Shown piece after piece: positions 20,534-30,833 of a stretch of 64,000 bases of DNA. This stretch comes from Candidatus Nanopelagicales bacterium (lineage in GTDB: Bacteria > Actinomycetota > Actinomycetes > S36-B12): contig JBIKKK010000001.1 of the NCBI GenBank assembly GCA_044360385.1, positions 21,101 to 85,100 of the forward strand. The letters run 5' to 3'. The translations under genes and the position numbers were made by a program. The notes below the pieces were generated by a model. The model did not search any database and was not told the origin of the DNA. It saw nothing but the letters and a program-made list of their open reading frames with translations. The first letter of the stretch is position 1. Every line of letters starts with the position of its first letter.

Positions 20534-20941
20534 ATGCACCTGGGTGCCCATCACGCCCCGGGACGGCGCGGTGATCGCGGCAGTGTCGTCGTGGAGGCAG
20601 CGCTGGTGATCCCGGTGCTCCTGGCCGTCACGGTGCTGCTCGTCTGGGTGACGTCGCTGGGGGCGACCTATGTCCGCCTCCTCGACGTCGCCCAGACGGC
20701 GGCTCGCCAGGCCGCCCGCGGCGTCGTCGACACGACCCCTGACCCCAGAGTCGACGTAGACCTGGCCGAAGTCGACGGCCTCATCCGCGTGGAAGCCAGC
20801 CAGCAGGTGTCCCCTCCGTTCGCTGGCTTCGCCGGATGGTCGGTGACGGTGCGTGCCGAAGCGCATGCCGCGCCCGAGTGGTCCATGGACCATTTCGAGC
20901 CATCCGCGGGAGCTGACCTGCCGACAGGGGACACGCGATGA
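20534..20941 (+). CDS. TadE-family pseudopilin-like protein
   Basis: TadE N-terminal motif GSVVVEAALVIPVLLAVTVLLVWV. Confidence 0.7.
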   Translation: MHLGAHHAPGRRGDRGSVVVEAALVIPVLLAVTVLLVWVTSLGATYVRLLDVAQTAARQAARGVVDTTPDPRVDVDLAEVDGLIRVEASQQVSPPFAGFAGWSVTVRAEAHAAPEWSMDHFEPSAGADLPTGDTR

Positions 20942-21300
20942 TGACGGCGCGCTGGCGGGAGGACCGCGGAGTCGCCACCGTGCTCGGCATCGCGCTCGCC
21001 TTCGTCGTCATGGCGTCCGGGCTGGTCATCCTCGCGATCGTCGCGCTGACGGTCGGTCACCAGCGCGCCGCCGTCGCCGCCGACCTCGCAGCCCTCGCCG
21101 CCGCCGCTCATGGCTGCGACGTCGCCGAGCAGGTCGCGCGAGCGCAGGGGGCCATCTCCGTGGCGTGCTCTCTCCAGGGGAGTGACGCCGTCGTCACAGT
21201 GGCGCTGCCTGCCCCGGAGATGCTGGGGCGCCTCGCACAGTGGACCGGGCGCGAAGCCCCCGTGATCCCGAGTGCGTCGCGCGCCGGGATTGCTGAATGA
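20938..21300 (+). CDS. TadE-like protein of the helicase/secretion-neighbourhood type (Rv3654c-like)
   Basis: RGVATVLGIALAFVVMASGLVILAIV followed by AADLAALAAA and two Cys. ATGA overlap with tadE. Confidence 0.7.
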   Translation: MMTARWREDRGVATVLGIALAFVVMASGLVILAIVALTVGHQRAAVAADLAALAAAAHGCDVAEQVARAQGAISVACSLQGSDAVVTVALPAPEMLGRLAQWTGREAPVIPSASRAGIAE

Positions 21301-21309
21301 GGCGCGTTC

Positions 21310-23631
21310 CTACGCGCCCGGGGCAGGTGCGCCCAGGAGCAGTGCATCGAGGAGAAGGACCGCCCCGCGCTTGTCCAGGGGTTCGTTGCCATTGCCGCAC
21401 TTGGGCGACTGTACGCACGACGGGCAACCCGCGTCGCACTCGCAGGTCGCGATGTGGTCGCGCGTCGCGCGCCACCAACGCTGGGCTGCATCGAAGCCAC
21501 GATCAGCGAAGCCTGCCCCGCCGGGATGGCCGTCGTAGACCACGACCGTGCAGCGCCCGGTGTCCGGATGGAGCTCGGTGGAGACTCCGCCGATATCCCA
21601 GCGGTCGCACGTCGCGATGAGCGGCATGAGACCGATCGCCGCGTGCTCCGCGGCATGTGCCGCACCCCCGAGGTCGATCCCTGCCGACGCAAGCACGGCG
21701 ACCTGATCCGCGCTCACCGTCCACCACGTGCCACGCGTGCGCAGGGTGCGCTCCGGCATCTCCAGGGACTCGCGGCCCAGGATCTCCCCGCTGCCCGCGC
21801 GGCGTCGGACGTAGCCCACGACCTGAGATGTCACCTCGACCTCGCCCACGACGACGTCGGCGTCCCCCCAGGCGACCTGTCGGTCGACCCCGAGGATGCG
21901 GTAGTCGGCCACTTCTTCGGCGGTCGTCGTGTGATCGGTCTCCTCCACGCGAACGAGAGCGACCGACTCGTCAAGATCGAGTGCCGTGACCAGGTGCGTG
22001 ACCCCCTGGTGGAGGTAGACCGCGCCGGGGTGCACCGTCGCGGGGGCCCGCGCGGCCTCCACGGTGCCGAGCAGCCGACCCGTGCCCTCCTCGACGAGGC
22101 GCACGGGAGGTGCGGCGTCACCGCGCAGGTCGATGCGCTCGGCAGCGGAGCCACGCTGCGTCCAGTAGTAGCCGGTGCGGCGGTGGCGCAGCGTGCCCTG
22201 CGCAGCCAGGTCGATCAGGCGCGCGGGCGCACTGGGGCCGAACCAGGTGATCGCATCGTCGTCGGTGAGCGGGTGTTCGGCCGCGGCCGCCGCCAGATGG
22301 GGGGCAAGCACATAGGGATTCGCGGGATCCAAGACCACCGACTCCACAGGCTGGTCGAAGACGACACCCGGGTGCTCGAGCACGTAGCGGTCGAGCGGAT
22401 CCTCGCGCGCGATGAGCACAGCCAGCGCCTCGTCATCGCCGCGCCCGGCGCGACCCCACTGCTGCCACAGTGACGCGCGCGTGCCCGGCCAGCCGGCGAC
22501 GACGACCGCGTCGAGTCCGCTGATGTCGATGCCCAACTCGAGCGCATTGGTCGTGGCGACAGCACGCAGACGGCCATCGCGCAGATCCGCCTCGAGTGCG
22601 CGCCGCTCCTCGGCCAGGTATCCGCCGCGATACGCCGCGACTGCATCGGCGAGCTCGGGATCCACCTCGGCGAGCTCATCACGTGCCCGCTGCGCCACGA
22701 CCTCGGCTCCGCGCCGCGAGCGCACGAAGGCGAGGGTGCGCCTGCCCTCGCTCGCCAGGTCGGCGAGGACGTCGGCGGTCTCGGCGAGTGCCGACCTGCG
22801 AGGGGTGGGCTTGGCCGGGTCGTGATGGGAGATCCCCACGGCCTCGGGAGGCTCCCACAGCACCGCGGTGACCGCAGCATGGCGGGAACCGTCGATCTCG
22901 ACGGGCGTGACGGGTGCTCCGATGAGTCGCGCTGCAGCCTCCCCGGGAGACGCCATCGTGGCGGAGGCGCAGATCACCACGGGATCGCTGCCGTGCAGGG
23001 CTGCCAGCCGCCGCAGGCGCCGGATCACCATGGCGACATGCGAGCCGAACATCCCGCGGTAGTGGTGCGCCTCGTCGACGAGGATGAAGCTCAGGTGTCG
23101 CAGGACCCGAGACCATGCCGATGCGCGCGGCAGCAGCGAACGATGCACGAGGTCGGGATTCGTGAGGATGAAGTTGGCGTGCGCCCGCACCCATGCGCGC
23201 TCGTCGGCGGGTGTGTCACCGTCGTAGGTCGCGGCGCGCACGCCGGGGACATCGAGCTCGACCAGTGCCGCGAGCTGATCATGCGCGAGCGCCTTGGTGG
23301 GTGAGAGGTAGAGGACACAGGCGCGATCGTCGGCGAGCAGCGTGGACAGACTCGGCAGCCACATGGCCAGGGTCTTGCCCGAGGAGGTGCCGGTCGACAC
23401 CACGACGTGCTCACCACGCAGGGCCGCTGCGGCCGCCTCGGCCTGATGCGACCACGGCGCCGTGATGCCACGGTCAGACAGCCGGTCGAGGAGCACCGGG
23501 GGTGTGCCCTCCGGCCACGCCCCCGGGGTGCCCGGACGCGCGGGCAGGTGGCGGACCACCTTCCGCCCGGAGGGGCGTGCCGCCAGGGCGCCCAGGGCGG
23601 CGGTGCCGAGATCGTCCGTGTCTGCGTCCAT
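21310..23631 (-). CDS. DEAD/DEAH-box helicase with C-terminal DUF1998 zinc module (MrfA/YprA-like)
   Basis: Motif I TGTSSGKT, motif II LVDEAHHY, motif III ASAT, and a C-terminal Cys cluster CECDAGCPSCVQSPKCGNGNEPLDK. Confidence 0.9.
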   Translation of the reverse strand: MDADTDDLGTAALGALAARPSGRKVVRHLPARPGTPGAWPEGTPPVLLDRLSDRGITAPWSHQAEAAAAALRGEHVVVSTGTSSGKTLAMWLPSLSTLLADDRACVLYLSPTKALAHDQLAALVELDVPGVRAATYDGDTPADERAWVRAHANFILTNPDLVHRSLLPRASAWSRVLRHLSFILVDEAHHYRGMFGSHVAMVIRRLRRLAALHGSDPVVICASATMASPGEAAARLIGAPVTPVEIDGSRHAAVTAVLWEPPEAVGISHHDPAKPTPRRSALAETADVLADLASEGRRTLAFVRSRRGAEVVAQRARDELAEVDPELADAVAAYRGGYLAEERRALEADLRDGRLRAVATTNALELGIDISGLDAVVVAGWPGTRASLWQQWGRAGRGDDEALAVLIAREDPLDRYVLEHPGVVFDQPVESVVLDPANPYVLAPHLAAAAAEHPLTDDDAITWFGPSAPARLIDLAAQGTLRHRRTGYYWTQRGSAAERIDLRGDAAPPVRLVEEGTGRLLGTVEAARAPATVHPGAVYLHQGVTHLVTALDLDESVALVRVEETDHTTTAEEVADYRILGVDRQVAWGDADVVVGEVEVTSQVVGYVRRRAGSGEILGRESLEMPERTLRTRGTWWTVSADQVAVLASAGIDLGGAAHAAEHAAIGLMPLIATCDRWDIGGVSTELHPDTGRCTVVVYDGHPGGAGFADRGFDAAQRWWRATRDHIATCECDAGCPSCVQSPKCGNGNEPLDKRGAVLLLDALLLGAPAPGA

Positions 23632-23778
23632 CCGGGGGCCATCATGACTCCCCCGACCGACCCCCCGGACCGCAGCCGGCGGGCCTGCGTAAGATCCCGG
23701 GGAGTTTCGGCCCGTTACACGGGCCGTTCCTGATACCGGGGGGCCACACCCGCCCGGACGCGTCCACCAGGGAGTCCC

Positions 23779-26115
23779 ATGACCACCGCTGCCGCCGCGA
23801 TCGACCTGACCGGCACCAACTTCATCACGGTCGTCGTCGTCGCCGTCATCGCCGTACTCGCCCTGCTCGTCGCCTTCGTGCTCGTCCGCGAAGTGCTGTC
23901 GGCCAGTGAGGGCACCTCGCGCATGCAGGAGATCGCTGCGGCGGTCCAGGAGGGAGCGGCCGCCTATCTCAATCGCCAGTTCAAGACGCTGGCGATCTTC
24001 GCGGTCATCGTCTTCTTCGTCCTCTTCCTCCTCCCTGCGGAGACGACGAGCGAGCGGATCGGCCGCTCGATCTTCTTCCTCGTCGGAGCGGTCTTCTCCG
24101 CCATCACCGGATACATGGGCATGTGGCTCGCCGTGCGCGGCAACGTGCGCGTGGCCGCCGCGGCCAATGACTCCGGTGAGCAGAAGGCCATGAAGATCGC
24201 CTTCCGCACCGGTGGCGTGGCGGGCATGTTCACCGTCGGCCTCGGCCTGCTCGGTGCGGCGATCGTCGTCCTCGTCTACAAGGGTGAGGCGCCCAAGGTC
24301 CTCGAGGGCTTCGGCTTCGGTGCGGCACTCCTCGCGATGTTCATGCGCGTCGGCGGCGGCATCTTCACCAAGGCGGCCGACGTCGGCGCTGACCTCGTGG
24401 GCAAGGTCGAGCAGGGCATCCCCGAGGATGACCCTCGAAATGCGGCCACTATCGCCGACAACGTCGGCGACAACGTCGGCGACTGCGCGGGCATGGCAGC
24501 CGACCTCTTCGAGTCCTACGCCGTCACGCTCGTCGCGGCGCTCATCCTCGGCAAGGCAGCCTTCGGCGAGCTCGGCCTCGTCCTGCCGCTGGTGATCCCC
24601 GCAATCGGCGTCGTCACCGCTGTCATCGGCATCTTCGCGGTCTCCCCGCGTGCGAGCGATCGCTCCGGCATGAGTGCGATCAACCGAGGCTTCTTCATCT
24701 CGGCGGTGATCTCGGCGGTCCTGGTGATTGCGGCGATCTTCGTCTTTGTCCCCGCATCGTGGAGTGAGATCACCTCGATCGGCGGCCTCGCAGCCGAGAC
24801 GCTCGGCGAGGGTGATCCCATCGATCCGCGCTTCTACGTCATCGGCTCGGTCTTCATCGGCATCATCCTGGCCGCGGTGATCCAGCAGCTCACGGCGTAC
24901 TTCACCGAGACCAACCGCCGTCCGGTCGACGATGTCGCCAAGAGCTCGCTCACCGGCCCGGCCACCGTCATCCTGTCCGGCATCTCGCTCGGCCTGGAGT
25001 CGGCGGTCTACTCCGCGCTCATCATCGGCGCGGCGGTCTACGGCGCCTACCTGCTCGGTGGCGGCGTCGTGATCCTCGGCCTCTTCGCCATCGCGCTGGC
25101 CGGCACCGGCCTGCTCACCACGGTCGGCGTCATCGTCTCGATGGACACCTTCGGGCCGGTCTCTGACAACGCCCAGGGCATCGCGGAGATGTCCGGGGAT
25201 GTCGAGGGCGAGGGCGCCGCGGTCCTCACCCGCCTCGACGCGGTCGGCAACTCCACCAAGGCCATCACGAAGGGCATCGCCATCGCGACAGCCGTGCTCG
25301 CCGCGACCGCACTCTTCGGTGCCTTCCGCGACGCCGTCGTCGGTGCGACCGCCAGTGCGGGAGCATCCGCGGGTGAGTCAATCCGCAGCATCTCCGACCT
25401 TCTTCAGTACTCCGGCGTCCTAGACGTGGCCAACCCGTCCAACCTGGTCGGCCTCATCATCGGTGCGTCGGTTGTCTTCCTCTTCTCCGGCCTCGCGATC
25501 AACGCCGTGTCGCGTGCGGCGGGCGCGGTCATCTTCGAGGTGCGCCGCCAGTTCCGCGAGCATCCCGGCATCATGGAGGGCACGGAGAAGCCGGAGTACG
25601 GCAAGGTCGTCGACATCGTCACGCGCGACTCGCTGCGCGAGCTCATCACGCCCGGACTCCTCGCCGTCCTTGCGCCGATCGCGGTCGGCTTCGGCCTGGG
25701 CGTGGGTGCTCTCGGTGCCTACCTCGCGGGCACGATCGCCACGGGTGTGCTGATGGCAGTCTTCCTCTCCAACTCCGGTGGTGCCTGGGACAACGCCAAG
25801 AAGTACGTCGAGGACGGCCACTTCGGCGGCAAGGGTTCCGAGGCTCACTCGGCGACGGTCATCGGCGACACCGTCGGCGATCCCTTCAAGGACACCGCTG
25901 GCCCGGCTATCAACCCGCTCATCAAGGTGATGAACCTCGTCGCGCTGCTCATCGCGCCCGCGGTCGTGGCCCTGAGCATCGGCGAGGGTGCCAACACCGC
26001 GCTGCGCTGGGCCATCGCCATCGGGGCCACCCTCATCATCGTGGGCTCGGTGATCTTCTCGAAGCGCCGCCCCATCGCGGTCGGCGAGGAGCAGATCAAC
26101 GCCCCCGCCGCCTAG
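23779..26115 (+). CDS. hppA: Membrane-bound H+-translocating pyrophosphatase, K+-independent type
   Basis: 778 aa, about 16 TM helices, with GDNVGDCAGMAADLFESY, DNAKKYVE and GDTVGDPFKDTAGP. DAVGNSTKAITKG has Lys at the position known to mark K+-independent enzymes. Confidence 0.95.
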   Translation: MTTAAAAIDLTGTNFITVVVVAVIAVLALLVAFVLVREVLSASEGTSRMQEIAAAVQEGAAAYLNRQFKTLAIFAVIVFFVLFLLPAETTSERIGRSIFFLVGAVFSAITGYMGMWLAVRGNVRVAAAANDSGEQKAMKIAFRTGGVAGMFTVGLGLLGAAIVVLVYKGEAPKVLEGFGFGAALLAMFMRVGGGIFTKAADVGADLVGKVEQGIPEDDPRNAATIADNVGDNVGDCAGMAADLFESYAVTLVAALILGKAAFGELGLVLPLVIPAIGVVTAVIGIFAVSPRASDRSGMSAINRGFFISAVISAVLVIAAIFVFVPASWSEITSIGGLAAETLGEGDPIDPRFYVIGSVFIGIILAAVIQQLTAYFTETNRRPVDDVAKSSLTGPATVILSGISLGLESAVYSALIIGAAVYGAYLLGGGVVILGLFAIALAGTGLLTTVGVIVSMDTFGPVSDNAQGIAEMSGDVEGEGAAVLTRLDAVGNSTKAITKGIAIATAVLAATALFGAFRDAVVGATASAGASAGESIRSISDLLQYSGVLDVANPSNLVGLIIGASVVFLFSGLAINAVSRAAGAVIFEVRRQFREHPGIMEGTEKPEYGKVVDIVTRDSLRELITPGLLAVLAPIAVGFGLGVGALGAYLAGTIATGVLMAVFLSNSGGAWDNAKKYVEDGHFGGKGSEAHSATVIGDTVGDPFKDTAGPAINPLIKVMNLVALLIAPAVVALSIGEGANTALRWAIAIGATLIIVGSVIFSKRRPIAVGEEQINAPAA

Positions 26116-26140
26116 GCGTCCCGTATAGCGGAACGACCGT

Positions 26141-26174
26141 CCCGGTGCTCACCCCCGTAGGGGGTGGGACCGGG
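26141..26174 (+). terminator. Hairpin after hppA
   Basis: CACCCCC-GTA-GGGGGTG (26150-26166), extended by CCCGGT/ACCGGG outer pairing, 26 nt after the hppA stop. No clear U-tract. Confidence 0.5.
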
Positions 26175-26266
26175 CGGCAGGGGTCGGCATTTGACAGCGG
26201 CACCCCCGGGCTGCGCAGACTCCCAACGGTCCCGCCAGTCCCACGGCGGAGAAGACAGGAGCGGAA

Positions 26267-29026
26267 GTGGCTGCGGAGCGCGTGCTCGTCATCGTCGAGT
26301 CGCCGGCGAAGGCCAAGACGATCGAGGGCTACCTCAACGGTCGGGGATCCCGGGATTTCCGGGTCAAGGCATCGGTCGGCCACGTGCGCGATCTCGCCAG
26401 CCGGGCGTCGGAGCTCCCCGAGGGTCTGCGCAAGGAGCCCTGGTCGAAGTACGCCGTCAACACCGACGACGGATTCACCCCCTTCTACGTCGTACATGCC
26501 AATAAGAAGGCGACGATCGCGGAGCTGAAGCAGGAGCTCAAGAACGCCTCCGAGTTGCTCCTCGCCACAGACGAGGACCGCGAGGGCGAGGCCATCGCCT
26601 GGCACCTGCTCGAGGTGCTCAAGCCGAAGGTCCCCGTGCGCCGCATGGTCTTCCACGAGATCACCGAGCATGCCATTTCCGATGCCCTCGAGCAGACGCG
26701 CGAACTCGACATGAAGCTTGTCGATGCGCAAGAGACGCGACGCATCGTCGATCGGCTCTACGGCTACCCCGTCTCCGAGGTGCTCTGGAAGAAGATCGGT
26801 CGCGATGCTCGCTCGGCAGGCCGTGTGCAGTCGGTCGCCGTTCGACTTGTCGTGGACCGCGAGCGTGAGCGCATCGCCTTCGTCTCCGCGTCGTACTGGG
26901 ACCTGACGGCGACCTTCGATCCCGGAGCCTTCTCTGCCCGACTCAACCTCGTCGAGGGCAAGCGCCTGGCCACCGGGCGTGACTTCGACGACCGCGGCCA
27001 GCTCACCGGCCGCGACTGCGTGGTGCTCGACGAGTCGGGGGCTCAATCCCTTGCCACCGCGCTCGAAGGGGTGGACTACACCGTCCGCTCCGTCGTCGAG
27101 AAGCCGGGTAAGCGCAGTCCCAAGGCCCCCTTCATGACGTCGACGCTCCAGCAGGAGGCCTCGCGGCGATTCCGCTGGAATGCGCAGCGCACGATGCGCG
27201 TCGCCCAGGGCCTCTACGAGCGTGGCTACATCACCTACATGCGCACGGACTCCACGACGCTCTCTGAGACCGCGGTGACCGCGGCTCGTGCCCAGGCCGC
27301 GGAGCTCTACGGCCACGACCACGTCGCCGAGGCGCCGCGCCGCTACGACCGCAAGGTGAAGAACGCGCAGGAGGCGCACGAAGCCATCCGTCCCGCAGGC
27401 GAAGCCTTCCGCACCCCGGGTGAGGTGCAGCGCGAGTTGAGTGCCGATGAGTTCGCTCTCTATGACCTCATCTGGAAGCGCACCCTCGCCTCGCAGATGG
27501 CCGACGCCCGAGTCGCGACCACGACCGTCACGATCGGCGCGGTCGCATCGGATGGCCGCGACGTCGAATTCACCGCATCGGGCACCGTCACGCTCTTCGC
27601 CGGCTTCAAGGCCGCCTACGAAGACACGCGTGAAGAGGACTCCGAGGATGAGTCCGAGCGCGTGCTGCCCGTGTTGCGCGAGGGCCAGACCGTGGCGGCC
27701 GCGGACATGGCGGCCGATGGCCACTCCACCAACCCGCCTGCGCGATTCACTGAGGCATCCCTCACGGCCAAGCTCGAGGAGCTCGGCATCGGTCGTCCCT
27801 CGACCTACGCCGCGATCATGGGCACCATCGTCGACCGCGGATACGTCTGGAAGAAGGGTTCGGCGCTCATCCCGTCGTTCCTTGCCTTCGCCGTCATCCG
27901 CCTGCTCGAGGAGCACTTCAGCGAGCTGGTCGACTACCGCTTCACCGCGCGCATGGAGGAGTACCTCGATGCGATCGCCAACGGCGAGGCCGGTCGCGAT
28001 GCGCAGTTGGAGACCTTCTGGCGCGGTGGTGACACCGACACGGGTCCCTTCCGCGGCGTACTCGATCTCACCACCGATCTCGGCGCCATCGACGCGCGCA
28101 TGCTGTCGACCTTCCCCATCGAAGGCACGGATGCTGTCGTCCGCGTGGGTCGCTACGGCGCCTTCGTGGAGCGCGGCGACGAGCGGGCGTCCATCCCCGA
28201 TGACCTCGCTCCCGACGAGCTCACCGCGGAGAAGGCCGAGGAGTTGCTCTCCCAGCCATCGGGTGAGCGCGAACTGGGCGTCGACCCCGAGACGGGCCTG
28301 GCGATCGTGGCCAGGTCCGGACGCTACGGCCCCTACGTGACCGAGGTGCTCGCCGAGGACGCGCCGAAGTCCGCGAAACCCCGCACGGGCTCGCTGCTCA
28401 AGTCGATGTCGCTCGACACCGTCACCCTCGACGATGCCCTCCGCCTCATCTCACTTCCGCGCGTCGTCGGCGTCGACCCTGCGGACGCGGTCGAGATCAC
28501 CGCGCAGAACGGCCGCTATGGCCCCTATCTGCTCAAGGGCAAGGACTCCCGCTCCCTTACGACGGAGGAGTCGATCTTCACCGTCACCCTCGAGGAGGCG
28601 CTCGCCCTGTACGCCCAGCCCAAGCAGAGGCGCGGCGCTGCATCCGCGCCGCCGCTGAAGGAGCTCGGCGACGATCCCGTGTCGGGCCGTCCGGTCGTGC
28701 TCAAGGAGGGTCGCTTCGGTCCCTACGTCACCGACGGCGAGACCAATGCCTCGCTGCGCCGCGACGACGATCCGGAGACGATTGATCCGGGCCGTGCCTT
28801 CGAATTGCTCGCAGACCGCCGCGCTCGGGGGCCGGTGAAGCGGACGGCCAAGAAGGCTGCCAAGAAGGCCCCGGCCAAGAAGGCTGCGGCCAAGAAGGCT
28901 CCCGCCAAGAAGGCAGCCAACAAGGCAGCCAAGAAGGCTCCCGCCAAGAAGGCAGCCAAGAAGGCGGCCGGCCCCAGCCTCACGACCGCAGCCCTCATGG
29001 CTCAGCCGCAGCCTGCGGATGCCTAG
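26267..29026 (+). CDS. topA: DNA topoisomerase I with Lys/Ala-rich C-terminal tail
   Basis: Toprim [16 protein letters not shown] and [11 protein letters not shown]; active-site Tyr context [10 protein letters not shown]. No Zn-finger Cys in the C-terminal domain. The tail is [43 protein letters not shown] start with AGGAG upstream. Confidence 0.95.
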   Translation: MAAERVLVIVESPAKAKTIEGYLNGRGSRDFRVKASVGHVRDLASRASELPEGLRKEPWSKYAVNTDDGFTPFYVVHANKKATIAELKQELKNASELLLATDEDREGEAIAWHLLEVLKPKVPVRRMVFHEITEHAISDALEQTRELDMKLVDAQETRRIVDRLYGYPVSEVLWKKIGRDARSAGRVQSVAVRLVVDRERERIAFVSASYWDLTATFDPGAFSARLNLVEGKRLATGRDFDDRGQLTGRDCVVLDESGAQSLATALEGVDYTVRSVVEKPGKRSPKAPFMTSTLQQEASRRFRWNAQRTMRVAQGLYERGYITYMRTDSTTLSETAVTAARAQAAELYGHDHVAEAPRRYDRKVKNAQEAHEAIRPAGEAFRTPGEVQRELSADEFALYDLIWKRTLASQMADARVATTTVTIGAVASDGRDVEFTASGTVTLFAGFKAAYEDTREEDSEDESERVLPVLREGQTVAAADMAADGHSTNPPARFTEASLTAKLEELGIGRPSTYAAIMGTIVDRGYVWKKGSALIPSFLAFAVIRLLEEHFSELVDYRFTARMEEYLDAIANGEAGRDAQLETFWRGGDTDTGPFRGVLDLTTDLGAIDARMLSTFPIEGTDAVVRVGRYGAFVERGDERASIPDDLAPDELTAEKAEELLSQPSGERELGVDPETGLAIVARSGRYGPYVTEVLAEDAPKSAKPRTGSLLKSMSLDTVTLDDALRLISLPRVVGVDPADAVEITAQNGRYGPYLLKGKDSRSLTTEESIFTVTLEEALALYAQPKQRRGAASAPPLKELGDDPVSGRPVVLKEGRFGPYVTDGETNASLRRDDDPETIDPGRAFELLADRRARGPVKRTAKKAAKKAPAKKAAAKKAPAKKAANKAAKKAPAKKAAKKAAGPSLTTAALMAQPQPADA

Positions 29027-29046
29027 GCACGCGTAGGCTCGCTCGC

Positions 29047-29667
29047 GTGACCGACGCCCGCTTCATCGTCTTCGAGGGTGGAGAGGGCGCGGGCAAGTCC
29101 ACTCAGTCCAACGCCCTGGCCGACTACCTCCGCGCGCGCGGTCACAACGTCCTGTGCACGCGGGAGCCTGGGGGCACTCCGGCGGCCGAGGCGATCCGCG
29201 CGGTGCTCCTCGATCCTGCCAATGCCGGGCTCGATGATCGCGCCGAGGCGCTGCTCTTTGCGGCAGCGCGAGGCGACCACGCGGCGAGGGTCATCAAGCC
29301 TGGCCTGGAGCGCGGTGACATCGTCATCTCCGATCGCTACCTCGACTCGTCCGTGGCATATCAAGGGGTGGCGCGTGGTCTCGGCGCCGAGCGCGTCGCG
29401 GAATTGAGCCTGTGGGCGACGGGCGGACTCGTGCCTGACCTCACCATCGTGCTCGATGTCGATCCGGCCCTCGGGCTCGCGCGTGTCGTGGGCCCTGATC
29501 GGCTCGAGTCCGAGCCGATCGAGTGGCATGCGCGCGTGCGGCAGGCCTTCCTCGACATCGCGACCGAGCATCCAGACCGCTACTTCGTGCTCGACGGATC
29601 GCGGCCCGCGGAGGACCTTGCCGTGGAGATCGCCGTGGCCGTGAGCGCCCTCGTGGGCGATGCCTGA
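29047..29667 (+). CDS. tmk: dTMP (thymidylate) kinase
   Basis: P-loop FEGGEGAGKST, DRY motif SDRYLDSSVAYQG, and a lid region. GTG start. Confidence 0.9.
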   Translation: MTDARFIVFEGGEGAGKSTQSNALADYLRARGHNVLCTREPGGTPAAEAIRAVLLDPANAGLDDRAEALLFAAARGDHAARVIKPGLERGDIVISDRYLDSSVAYQGVARGLGAERVAELSLWATGGLVPDLTIVLDVDPALGLARVVGPDRLESEPIEWHARVRQAFLDIATEHPDRYFVLDGSRPAEDLAVEIAVAVSALVGDA

Positions 29668-30833
29668 TGACCACCTCGGTCTGGGACTCCCTCATCGGCC
29701 AAGACGCGGTCGTCGAGGAACTCGCCCATGCCGCTGCGGATCCCGCGGCCATGACCCATGCATGGCTTATCACCGGTCCGCCGGGGTCGGGGCGCTCGAC
29801 GGCCGCGGTCGCCTTCGCGGCGGCGTTGCAGTGCCCGGATCATGGGTGCGGCACCTGCTCTATCTGTACCTCGGCCATCGCGGGCACCCATCCTGATGTC
29901 GATCTCGTCCGCTCCGAGACTCTCAGCTACGGCGTTGACGATGCCCGCGAGTTGGTCCTGAGAGCAGCGGTCGTCCCCGCCGATGCACCGTGGCACATCG
30001 TCGTGATCGAGGACGCGGACCGCCTGACGGAGTCGGCCGTCAATGTCTTGCTCAAGGTTCTGGAGGAGCCCCCTCCCCATCTGGTGTGGCTGCTGTGCGC
30101 GCCGAGCCCCGAGGATGTCCTCGCGACGATCCGGTCACGCACGCGTTCCCTGCACCTGCGGACTCCCTCGACGCCCGAGGTGGCCGAGGCGCTGCGCGAT
30201 CGCTACGCGGTCGATCCCGCCATGGCCGCCTTCGCAGCTCGCGCCTCGCAGGGTCACATCGGCCGGGCGCGGGCTCTCGCGACCGACGAAGAGGCGCGCC
30301 GTCGACGTCAGGATGTCCTGCGCATCCCCTCGGGCCTGCGCGATCTCAGCTCCTGCTTCATCGCGGCCGAGGAGCTCCTCGCCATGGCCACGGAGGATGC
30401 CGCAAGCATCACGGACTCACTCGATGTCGCGGAAGAGGAGTCCCTGATGCGGGCCTACGGCGCGGGTGCCGAGGGAATCACTAAGACGCGGCTCGACAAG
30501 CTTGCCGACCGTGCACTCAAGGATCTTCGCAAGGTCCAGGCGAGTCGACGCAAGCGTGCGGTTCGCGACCAACTGGATCGAGCCCTCGTCGACCTGATCA
30601 CCTACTACCGCGATGTCCTCGTGCTCCAGCTCGACGCGGGTGTGCCGCTCGTCAACGACGAGATGCGCACGCAGCTCACCCAGGAGGCAGCGACGAGCAC
30701 GGCGACGGACACCGGTCGACGCCTGGACGCGATCGAGCGTGGTCGTCTCGCGGTGCAGGCCAACGGCGCGCTGCCGTTGGTGCTGGAGGGCATGTTTGTG
30801 GAGGTCAAGGACCCGCTCGTGCGGGTCCGCTAG
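29667..30833 (+). CDS. holB: DNA polymerase III subunit delta-prime
   Basis: ITGPPGSGRSTAA, Zn module CPDHGCGTCSICTS, VVIEDADRLT, and SRTR sensor (IRSRTRSL). The tracked ORF is trimmed to ATG 29667, which overlaps the tmk stop (TGATG). Confidence 0.85.
   Translation: MTTSVWDSLIGQDAVVEELAHAAADPAAMTHAWLITGPPGSGRSTAAVAFAAALQCPDHGCGTCSICTSAIAGTHPDVDLVRSETLSYGVDDARELVLRAAVVPADAPWHIVVIEDADRLTESAVNVLLKVLEEPPPHLVWLLCAPSPEDVLATIRSRTRSLHLRTPSTPEVAEALRDRYAVDPAMAAFAARASQGHIGRARALATDEEARRRRQDVLRIPSGLRDLSSCFIAAEELLAMATEDAASITDSLDVAEEESLMRAYGAGAEGITKTRLDKLADRALKDLRKVQASRRKRAVRDQLDRALVDLITYYRDVLVLQLDAGVPLVNDEMRTQLTQEAATSTATDTGRRLDAIERGRLAVQANGALPLVLEGMFVEVKDPLVRVR

Noticed and set aside
23708-23726. Small hairpin CGGCCCGT-TAC-ACGGGCCG in the hppA 5' region as a riboswitch or attenuator
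   Set aside because: It is a single 8-bp stem with no alternative pairing, leader peptide or known riboswitch consensus that I can recognise.
26191-26221. TTGACA hexamer upstream of topA as a -35 element
   Set aside because: The nearest TANNNT-like hexamer (CAGACT) is 19 nt away, which is longer than the usual 16-18 nt. I cannot support a promoter call without TSS data.
26096-27916. 606-aa ORF on the minus strand
   Set aside because: It lies fully antisense to topA, whose plus-strand frame carries unmistakable Toprim and active-site motifs. The antisense product is Arg/Gly/Glu/Leu-rich low-complexity sequence, typical of shadow ORFs in high-GC DNA.
28840-29026. Short periodic repeats that could suggest a CRISPR array or satellite
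   Set aside because: They are the in-frame AKKA-repeat tail of topA. There is no repeat-spacer architecture and there are no cas genes anywhere in the window.
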